DNA from: Pedococcus sp.
Lineage (GTDB): Bacteria > Actinomycetota > Actinomycetes > Actinomycetales > Dermatophilaceae
DNA: 64,000 bases
Reading direction: 5' to 3'
NCBI RefSeq assembly: GCF_036554925.1
Contig: NZ_DATBMI010000189.1
Span: 10,224-74,223, forward strand
The first letter of the stretch is position 1; every line of letters starts with the position of its first letter. The translations under genes were made by a program, and so were the position numbers. This document shows positions 57,009-64,000 of this stretch, piece after piece. Under the pieces are notes generated by a model that saw only the letters and a program-made list of their open reading frames with translations, ran no database searches and was not told the DNA's origin.

Positions 57009-58315
57009 GCCACAAGCTCACCGACGGCGGCCGGGTGATGCACGTCGGCACCCTGGCCCGGGTCGAGGGCGAGGGTGCGATGCACATCGAGTACCGCGAC
57101 GGCCAGGTCACGGACGTGCAGCTGCGGATCTACGAGCCGCCCCGCTTCTACGAGGCGTTCCTTCGCGGCCGGGCCCACACGGAGCCGCCGGACATCACCG
57201 CCCGGATCTGCGGCATCTGCCCGGTGGCGTACCAGATGAGCGCGTGCTGGGCGATCGAGGACGCGTGCGGGGTCGACGTGCCCGAGGAGATCCTGCTGAT
57301 GCGCCGGCTGCTCTACTGCGGCGAGTGGATCGAGAGCCACGCACTGCACGTCGTCCTGCTGCACGCCCCTGACTTCCTGGGCTACGACGGCGCCGTCGAG
57401 ATGGCGGCCGACCACCCCGACGTGGTCGAGCGGGGCCTGAGGATGAAGAAGGCCGGCAACGACCTGATGGATACGGTGGGCGGGCGCTCGGTGCACCCGG
57501 TCAACGTCAGGGTCGGCGGCTTCTACCGGATGCCGACCCGGCTCGAGCTGCGTGCGCTGCGCCCGCGGCTCGAGCGTGCCCGTGACGAGGCCGTGCAGAC
57601 CGTCGCGCTCGTCGCCGGCTTCGACGTCCCGGACTACGAGCAGCCCTACGAGTACCTCGCGCTGCGCACCGGGACCGGCTACCCGATCGAGTCCGGCAGC
57701 GTGGTGACCTCCTCGGGCGGCGCCTTCGCGGTGCGCGACTTCCCCCGGCACATCGAGGAGCTGCACGTCGAGCACTCCAACGCGTTGCACGCCCGCCTCG
57801 ACGGCTCGCCGAACCCCTACGTCGTGGGCCCGCTGGCGAGGTACTCCCTCAACTCCGACCAGCTCTCGCCCGTCGCCACCGATGCGGCGCGATCCGCGGG
57901 CCTCGGTCCCACGTGCCGCAACCCGTTCCGCTCCATCGTCGTTCGTGCCGTGGAGCTCGTGGAGGCGTACTCCGAAGCGCTGCGCATCATCGACGGCTGG
58001 ACCGACGGGGCCGCGCCCAGCGTCGCCGTGCCCCCGCGCGCGGGGGAGGGCTTCGGCGCGAGTGAGGCGCCCCGAGGGGTGCTGTTCCACCGCTACGTCC
58101 TGGACGGCACAGGCCTCATCCGGGACGCGCAGATCGTGCCTCCCACCTCCCAGAACCAGCCGAGCATCGAGGCCGACCTGCGCACGATGGTGCAGTCCTG
58201 GTCCGAGCTCGACGACCATGCGCTGCAGCACCGCTGCGAGCAGGCCATCCGCAACTACGACCCCTGCATCTCGTGCGCCACGCACTTCCTGGACCTGACC
58301 GTGGACCGGGGATGA
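57005..58315 (+). CDS. hyhL: [NiFe]-hydrogenase large subunit
   Basis: 436 aa. N-terminal RVEGEG, L1 motif [10 protein letters not shown] and L2 motif DPCISCATH, followed by a 9-residue C-terminal tail. Confidence 0.92.
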   Translation: MSHKLTDGGRVMHVGTLARVEGEGAMHIEYRDGQVTDVQLRIYEPPRFYEAFLRGRAHTEPPDITARICGICPVAYQMSACWAIEDACGVDVPEEILLMRRLLYCGEWIESHALHVVLLHAPDFLGYDGAVEMAADHPDVVERGLRMKKAGNDLMDTVGGRSVHPVNVRVGGFYRMPTRLELRALRPRLERARDEAVQTVALVAGFDVPDYEQPYEYLALRTGTGYPIESGSVVTSSGGAFAVRDFPRHIEELHVEHSNALHARLDGSPNPYVVGPLARYSLNSDQLSPVATDAARSAGLGPTCRNPFRSIVVRAVELVEAYSEALRIIDGWTDGAAPSVAVPPRAGEGFGASEAPRGVLFHRYVLDGTGLIRDAQIVPPTSQNQPSIEADLRTMVQSWSELDDHALQHRCEQAIRNYDPCISCATHFLDLTVDRG

Positions 58316-58845
58316 GCGACGGGACGGGGCCGGGTGGCGTCCTGGTGCTCGGTCTGGGCAGCCCCGACCGGGGCGACGACGCGGTCGGCCGCGAGGTCGC
58401 CGGAGTGGTTGCCGCGCTGGGCCTTCCCGGCGTCGCCGTCATCGAGCACGAGGACCCGACCTGTGTGATCGAGGCCTGGTCAGGCGCCTCCGCGGTGGTG
58501 GTCGTCGACGCCGTGCGCTCGGGAGCGCTGCCGGGGTCGGTCACGGTGCTGGAGGTGGGGGCCGACACCGCTGCGCTGCCGCGGTCCGCGTGGTCGCAGA
58601 CCGGTCGGGGCGGGACGCACGCGTTCGGCCTGGCGTCGGCCGTGGAGCTGTCCCGCGCGCTGCGACGACTCCCCGCCCGGCTGTGGGTCGTCGGTGTCGA
58701 GGCGGCAGGCCTCGAGCACGGCGCCCCCCTGTCGGCGCCGGTCGCGGCGTCGGTGCCCGAGGCGGTGCGCAGGGTGGTGGGTCTGGTGGAGCTGGCCTCC
58801 GAGGTGTCCGCCAGCGGGGGAGGGTGTGCGGATGTGCCTCGGTGA
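58312..58845 (+). CDS. hydrogenase maturation endopeptidase
   Basis: 177 aa. VLVLGLGSPDRGDDAVG and GGTHAFG are typical of HyaD/HycI-type proteases. ATGA overlap with the large subunit. Confidence 0.85.
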   Translation: MSDGTGPGGVLVLGLGSPDRGDDAVGREVAGVVAALGLPGVAVIEHEDPTCVIEAWSGASAVVVVDAVRSGALPGSVTVLEVGADTAALPRSAWSQTGRGGTHAFGLASAVELSRALRRLPARLWVVGVEAAGLEHGAPLSAPVAASVPEAVRRVVGLVELASEVSASGGGCADVPR

Positions 58846-59053
58846 GCTCGCGGAGGTGATCGAGCTGCGTCCCGGCGGGGCCGCGCTGGTCCGTTCGGAC
58901 CAGCGCACCTCGACCGTGTCGCTGCTGGTGCTGGACGTGCCGGTGTCGGCCGGCGACTGGGTCGTCTGCCACTCGGGCTTCGCCCTCAGCCGGGTGAGCG
59001 CCGAGCAGGCGCGCGACGCCGCCGCCCTCCGCGCCACCATCACGCCGCACTAG
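58832..59053 (+). CDS. hypC: HypC/HybG/HupF-family hydrogenase assembly chaperone
   Basis: 73 aa beginning MCLGELAEV, with the essential Cys2. Overlaps the protease gene by 14 nt. Confidence 0.8.
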   Translation: MCLGELAEVIELRPGGAALVRSDQRTSTVSLLVLDVPVSAGDWVVCHSGFALSRVSAEQARDAAALRATITPH

Positions 59054-59062
59054 GGTGCGGCC

Positions 59063-59512
59063 ATGGAGTACACCCAGGAGATCGAGATCGCGCTGCCCCG
59101 TGAGGACGTCGTCCGGCTGTTCGACGACCCGGCGAACCTGGTCCGGTGGCAGCGTGGGCTGCAGTCGTTCGAGCACCTGGACGGCACGCCGGGCGAGGCG
59201 GGAGCACGCTCGAGGCTGGTGTACGTCAACGGCAGGCGCCGGATCGAGATGGTCGAGACGATCACCCGGCGCGACCTGCCGGACGCCTTCCACGGGACGT
59301 ACGACGCCAAGGGCGTGCACAACGTGGTCGAGAACTACTTCACCGAGCCGGCGCCCGGCCGCACCCGGTGGGTCTCGCGCAACGTCTTCGAGTTCACCGG
59401 GTTCATGAAGGTCGTCGCAGCGCTCCTCGGCCGTTCGTTCCCCAAGCAGTCCAAGGTGTTCATGGAGGACTTCAAGGCGTTCGCCGAGAAGGGGACCGAC
59501 GTTCGCGGGTGA
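59063..59512 (+). CDS. SRPBCC (START/polyketide-cyclase-like) family protein
   Basis: 149 aa. IEIALPREDVVRLFDDPANLVRWQRGLQSFE is typical of SRPBCC proteins. Confidence 0.7.
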   Translation: MEYTQEIEIALPREDVVRLFDDPANLVRWQRGLQSFEHLDGTPGEAGARSRLVYVNGRRRIEMVETITRRDLPDAFHGTYDAKGVHNVVENYFTEPAPGRTRWVSRNVFEFTGFMKVVAALLGRSFPKQSKVFMEDFKAFAEKGTDVRG

Positions 59513-59539
59513 CGCGGCGACCGCCGGAGCGGCGTGTCC

Positions 59540-59968
59540 TCAGACCTTCACGACATCCCGTCCGTGCACGGTCACGGCCCAGATGACGAAGACGTCGAAG
59601 GCGATCACCGTGAGGCTCCAGACCGGGTAGTACGGCATCCACAGGAAGTTGGCCAGGATGCTGACGCAGGCCAGGACGACGGCGACGGTCCGCGCCCAGA
59701 TCGCGCCCTGGAACAGGAAGAACCCCGCCAGGGCGACGCCGATGCCCAGGAGCAGGTGGATCCAGCCCCACGACGTGAGGTCGAACTCGAAGACGTACTC
59801 CTTGCCGACGACGAAGAACTGGTCGTTGATGAGGGCGACGAAGCCCTGGAACGCGTGGAACGCCCCGGCCATGATCATGAGGATTCCGGCAAAGACGGTG
59901 ACACCGACCGCCCCCGCGCTCGCGTCTCGCGAACCGGAGCTCCGGCCGGTGGGGGTGCTGGTTGCCAT
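59540..59968 (-). CDS. DUF7144-like four-TM membrane protein
   Basis: 142 aa. FAGILMIMAGAFHAFQGFVAL...WGWIHLLLGIGVALAGFFL. Confidence 0.55.
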   Translation of the reverse strand: MATSTPTGRSSGSRDASAGAVGVTVFAGILMIMAGAFHAFQGFVALINDQFFVVGKEYVFEFDLTSWGWIHLLLGIGVALAGFFLFQGAIWARTVAVVLACVSILANFLWMPYYPVWSLTVIAFDVFVIWAVTVHGRDVVKV

Positions 59969-60047
59969 GACGGCCTCCGTGTGTTGTGCGCGCAGGGCGC
60001 GGTGGGTGCTGACACGACCTTTGTAGTCCGTCCTCCGCGACGGGGGA

Positions 60048-61457
60048 TCACCCGCCGCGGAGGATCCCTGACGGTGGCCCGGGTGCCTGTCCGGTGGAGG
60101 TGTGGTCCTCGACGTCGGCAGCGGCCCCCTCGGGCGACGTTCCGGGTGCCCCGGGGACGGGAGGACGGCCGAGGAACTCGATGAGGCCCAGCGCCAGCAG
60201 GCAGAGCAGGGCGACCACCAGCACCACGACCGCCGTGGGCCGTGTCCAGAAGACCAGCACGACGCCCGCGGCGATCAGGACCGCGATGCGCAGGGCCCGC
60301 TTGCGCGCGTAGACCCACGACCCCACGGGTCCGGTGTTCAGCCCGGCAGCCTCGGCGCCGCCACGCATGGACCCGATGCCGTGCTCGAGGAACTCGCGGG
60401 TGCGCACGGCCGTCGAGGAGGGGCCCGTGACGAACGCGGCCAGGGCGAGCACGAGGCCGAGCACAGCGACCGCGCGCAGCCCGGTCCGCAGGAAGCGCAC
60501 GAGCGTGTCGAAGATCGTCCCGGCGGCCTCGCGCGAGAGCAGGTCGGGGGGAACCGCCGCGAGGTAGAACGTGCGCCCGATGGCCAGGCCCAGGCCGAGG
60601 ACGATCATGCCGGCGACGAAGCCCAGGGAACCGCGCAGCAGGGCGCGTCGGCGGTCGCGTGCGAGGAAGACGCCCCCCACCAAGAGGGCGACGGCCACGA
60701 CGGGAAGCCAGGTGCCGAGGGTGTTCAGCAGCCGGTAGTAGGCCTGGGCGTCGGAGATCGAGCCGGACTGCACCAGGACGAAGGATCGCTCGATGGCGGG
60801 GATCCGGGAGGCCACGGAGAACCCGCGGGCGACCAGACGCTCCTTCACTGCCGTGATGACCGGGCCGAGGTTCAGGGTGATCTGGTCACCCTGCGCGCTG
60901 ACCGCGCCGGCCCCGGTGCCCTCGAGGAGCCTGACGATCTGCTCGTGGGCCACCCGGTTCACCTGCTCCCACAGCGCGGCGAACTGGGGGCTGGCCACGA
61001 ACCGGCCGACCTGGTCGCGGGTGAAGCTCTCGACGCCGTTGCTGATCGGCGCCGCCAGGCCGGGCAGGAGCGTGCCCAGCCGTGGAGGCATGTTCTCCTG
61101 CTGCGCGAGCGCCGTGAGCAGCTCGGTGCTCAGCGTCTCGACGTCGATGGCCTCGAGGACGGCCTGGGTCACCTCGTCGGCGATCGCCTGCTGCACGGCC
61201 GGGTCCTGGGCCAGCGGCGCCACCGTCTGGACGTAGCGGTCGGTGTCGGAGATCTGGGTGCTCGCCCAGACCGCCGCCACCGAGAGCGGGGCGAGCAGGC
61301 AGGCCAGCGTGAGGAGGATGGCGGAGGCCACCGCCCACCACGGGGAACGACGGGCGGTCTCGCCGCCCGGTGGTCGCGGGTCCTGGGTCTCCTCCAACTC
61401 GGCCTCCAGCTCAGCCACTCGGGCTCGCAGGCGTTCAACCTCGTTCGCGTCGGTCAT
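60048..61457 (-). CDS. integral membrane protein, unknown function
   Basis: 469 aa. N-terminal coiled coil (EVERLRARVAELEAELEE), a TM helix, a large extracytoplasmic domain and several C-terminal TM helices. Confidence 0.6.
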   Translation of the reverse strand: MTDANEVERLRARVAELEAELEETQDPRPPGGETARRSPWWAVASAILLTLACLLAPLSVAAVWASTQISDTDRYVQTVAPLAQDPAVQQAIADEVTQAVLEAIDVETLSTELLTALAQQENMPPRLGTLLPGLAAPISNGVESFTRDQVGRFVASPQFAALWEQVNRVAHEQIVRLLEGTGAGAVSAQGDQITLNLGPVITAVKERLVARGFSVASRIPAIERSFVLVQSGSISDAQAYYRLLNTLGTWLPVVAVALLVGGVFLARDRRRALLRGSLGFVAGMIVLGLGLAIGRTFYLAAVPPDLLSREAAGTIFDTLVRFLRTGLRAVAVLGLVLALAAFVTGPSSTAVRTREFLEHGIGSMRGGAEAAGLNTGPVGSWVYARKRALRIAVLIAAGVVLVFWTRPTAVVVLVVALLCLLALGLIEFLGRPPVPGAPGTSPEGAAADVEDHTSTGQAPGPPSGILRGG

Positions 61458-61603
61458 GGCAGGCGCTCCTCATGGACGGTCCCCGGGCCACGACCCGCGG
61501 TTGGCCCATCGGCCGGACATCTCACCGTCCCCCCGTGGCCCCGGACGGGCATCACCCCGCGGGGATGATGCTCACGGTCGCGCTCGAGCCGAGCCTGAGG
61601 GGT

Positions 61604-62020
61604 ATGAACCACAGGACTGCACCGAGAAGGCAGCGAGCGGCGGCGTTGGTGGTGTCCTTCATCCTCGTCACGACGGGTCTCCTCGCCTGTGGTGGCGAGC
61701 CCCCTGCCCTGTGCCAGAGCCTGGACACCCTGGCGGCGTCGGTGGAGAAGCTGCGGGCCGCGGACGTCAAGGACCCCACGGCGTTCCAGAGCGAGCTGAC
61801 GACCGTCCAGGACAACCTCCAGAAGGTGCGCGAGGACGCGGGGGAGCAGTGGGCGACGGAGATCGCCGCCGTGGAGTCGAGCGCGGCGACGGTGAAGGCG
61901 AGCCTTCAGGCGGCCGCGGCCAGCCCGTCGGCGGCAAGCCTCTCGGCGGTGGTGGACGCCGCGAGGGCCCTGCAGGTGTCCTTCGCCGACCTCAAGGCCG
62001 TCGCCTCGGCCAGCTGCTGA
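61604..62020 (+). CDS. helical lipoprotein, unknown function
   Basis: 138 aa from ATG 61604. Lipobox is TTGLLACGG. Confidence 0.5.
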   Translation: MNHRTAPRRQRAAALVVSFILVTTGLLACGGEPPALCQSLDTLAASVEKLRAADVKDPTAFQSELTTVQDNLQKVREDAGEQWATEIAAVESSAATVKASLQAAAASPSAASLSAVVDAARALQVSFADLKAVASASC

Positions 62021-62081
62021 GACCGGGACCAGTGCCGAGGCGCTGAGCTGCGCGGGAGACAGGACCTACCGGAGGAGAGCC

Positions 62082-63413
62082 GTGACAGACCCATCGCAGG
62101 GCGCGGAGCAGGCCGGGACCCGCGCCATGACCGTGCGCGGTGCGGCGTTCCTGGGCGTGGGCTCGATGGTGGGCGCAGGCATCTTCGCGCTGCTCGGCGA
62201 GGCAGGAGCCGTGGCCGGCTCGGCCGTGTGGGTCTCCTTCCTCGTCGCCGGCATCGTCGCGCTCCTGCAGGGGTATGCCGTGGCCAAGCTCGGTGCGACG
62301 TACCCCTCCTCGGGCGGCCTGATCACCTTCCTGATCCAGGGTTACGGCCGCGGCCACACCACGTCGATCACGTCGTGGCTGCTGTACTTCGCCTCGCTCA
62401 TCGTCACGGCCATGGTCTCGGTGTCCTTCGGCAGCTACGCCACGGCCCTGCTCATCAAGGACGCCGACCCGGGTGCGTGGGACAACATCCTGACGACCGC
62501 GCTGGTCGTGGCCGTGGCGGCCGTGAACATCGCGGGCGCGAAGTTCATCGACCGCGTGCAGAGCGTCATCGTGGTCGTGCTCCTGGCCGTCTTCGCGGTC
62601 TTCATCGTCGTCACGCTGTCCCAGATCGACCCGGAGCTGCTCGCGCCGTCGACCTACCCGGAGCGGAGCGCGATCGTCTCCAGCGTGGCGCTGACGTTCT
62701 TCGCGTACCTGGGCTTCGCCGTCATCACGTTCACCGGTGGCGACCTGCCCGACGCCGACAAGAACCTGCCGCGGGCCATGTACCTGGCCCTGGGCATCAC
62801 GACCACCCTCTACATCCTGATCGCGGTCGGCGTCTTCGGGACCCTCACGGTGGAGGAGGTCATCGAGAACGGCGACACCGCGCTGGCGGTCGCGGCACAG
62901 CCGGCCCTGGGCGACGCCGGCTTCGCCATGATGGCCGTCGCCGCGCTGCTGGCGACGTCGTCCTCGGTGAACGCGAACATCTACGCGGCCACCGGATCCA
63001 CCGCGAAGCTCGCCGAGTCCGGGCTCTTCCCACCCGTCTTCGGCCAGCTTGCGAGGGTCGGGGGTACCCGCGGCCTGGTGATCTCGGTGCTGCTGGTGCT
63101 GCTGCTGGCCAACCTCGTCGACCTCACGGCGATCGCCTCCCTCGGCAGTGTCGTCGCCCTGGTGATCTTCCTGGTGACCTCCCTCGGCGCCTACCGCCTG
63201 CGGCGGGAGATCGGGGCCAGTGCCTGGGTGCTGGTGGCCGCCATCGCCCTCACTGCGGGTGTGCTCGTGGTGTTCGCCGCGGAGACGTTGCGCACCGCAC
63301 CAGAGACGTTCACGGCGATGATCGGAGTATTGGTGCTGGCGACGGCGCTCGACCTCCTCTGGAGCCGTGTCCGCCAGCACCGCCAGACCTCCCAGCAGTC
63401 GCCGCGCACGTAG
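62082..63413 (+). CDS. APC-superfamily amino acid permease
   Basis: 443 aa with about 12 TM helices. GVGSMVGAGIFALLGEA is the APC signature. GTG follows GGAGGAGAG. Confidence 0.85.
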   Translation: MTDPSQGAEQAGTRAMTVRGAAFLGVGSMVGAGIFALLGEAGAVAGSAVWVSFLVAGIVALLQGYAVAKLGATYPSSGGLITFLIQGYGRGHTTSITSWLLYFASLIVTAMVSVSFGSYATALLIKDADPGAWDNILTTALVVAVAAVNIAGAKFIDRVQSVIVVVLLAVFAVFIVVTLSQIDPELLAPSTYPERSAIVSSVALTFFAYLGFAVITFTGGDLPDADKNLPRAMYLALGITTTLYILIAVGVFGTLTVEEVIENGDTALAVAAQPALGDAGFAMMAVAALLATSSSVNANIYAATGSTAKLAESGLFPPVFGQLARVGGTRGLVISVLLVLLLANLVDLTAIASLGSVVALVIFLVTSLGAYRLRREIGASAWVLVAAIALTAGVLVVFAAETLRTAPETFTAMIGVLVLATALDLLWSRVRQHRQTSQQSPRT

Positions 63414-63473
63414 GCGCGCGGATCATCCGACAGGGATGACGCCGGCGTCGCCAACCGCCCGTGGACTGGGGGG

Positions 63474-64000
63474 ATGAGAGGCCCACGGTGGCTCGCCCCC
63501 GTCCGTGGCCTGGGGCGGAAGGGCGGCGATGCGGCGCACCGGCTGCTCTCGGACCTCGCGAGGGTGGAGCTGATCGACCGCTCGCTCGCCCTCGGCGCGC
63601 AGGCCCTGCTGGCCCTCATCCCCATGCTCATGGCCCTGGGGACCTTCGCCCCCGCGAGCTGGGGCACCGGACTGCTCGCCCAGCTCCGGGACGTCCTCGG
63701 CGTGCAGGACGACGTCTTCGAGCCGCTCCGCGAGGCTGCCGTGCGGGAAGGGGTGACCCGGACCGAGACAGGCCTTGCCGGCGTCCTGGTCGCGCTCGTC
63801 TCGGCGTCGAGCTTCTCGCGTGCCCTGCAGCGCATGTACACCCGAGCCTGGGACCTGCCGGGTGACAAGGGGGTGCGGGCCCTGCGCAGCGGCTTGCTCT
63901 GGCTCGTTGGTTGGGTTGCCGTGCTCCAGGCCACCGCCATGCTGGTGCGCTCCCTGACCGGCAGCCCGGTGACAGGGGCGCTCCGGCTGGCGTTCCAGCT
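63474..64000 (+). CDS. YihY/BrkB-family membrane protein, N-terminal part (3' end outside window)
   Basis: Not in the ORF track because no stop falls in the window. I translated it from ATG 63474 with no stops to 64000. SFSRALQRMYTRAWDLP resembles the YihY family block. Confidence 0.55.
   Translation, partial: MRGPRWLAPVRGLGRKGGDAAHRLLSDLARVELIDRSLALGAQALLALIPMLMALGTFAPASWGTGLLAQLRDVLGVQDDVFEPLREAAVREGVTRTETGLAGVLVALVSASSFSRALQRMYTRAWDLPGDKGVRALRSGLLWLVGWVAVLQATAMLVRSLTGSPVTGALRLAFQ

Overview
Very GC-rich, gene-dense chromosomal DNA. By eye it is actinobacterial, possibly Micrococcales-like, but that placement is a guess. I support about 64 protein-coding genes. I found no rRNA, tRNA, CRISPR array, transposase or integrase. 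Many neighbouring genes overlap by 4 nt (ATGA or GTGA), so the operons look tightly translationally coupled.

The window is a patchwork of accessory metabolic modules:
- ppsA, an exported M1 peptidase, a tandem-hotdog thioesterase and corA.
- A complete nine-gene A/V-type ATPase operon on the minus strand, ending in a coupled universal stress protein gene.
- Divergent from that operon by about 200 bp, a single-module Pls/PosA-type NRPS. It has an adenylation domain, a PCP and three repeats of two transmembrane helices plus a soluble domain. My manual adenylation code is DAESIGTVVK, which is lysine-like. A cytoplasmic M1 peptidase is translationally coupled to it.
- A nickel-pincer cofactor locus, larA-larE-larB ... 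larC. It is interrupted by a ChlI-like AAA+/VWA pair, a cupin and a DUF1622 protein. larC is preceded by a 15-bp x5 tandem repeat and a STAS mini-operon.
- An RR-HK-GerMN lipoprotein triad.
- An L-rhamnose catabolon (rhaI, rhaEW, rhaB, LacI regulator) fused to lutABC, facing an ABC uptake system and a GH78 rhamnosidase.
- DUF6529-Rieske genes and a membrane spermidine-synthase-like protein.
- A group-3b-like NAD(P)-coupled [NiFe]-hydrogenase operon with an embedded cNMP-binding protein, a maturation protease and hypC.

The best candidates for undescribed biology are the V-ATPase/USP-pls-M1 neighbourhood and the chelatase-like AAA+/VWA pair inside the lar locus. All functional calls come from motif reading, not from database searches.
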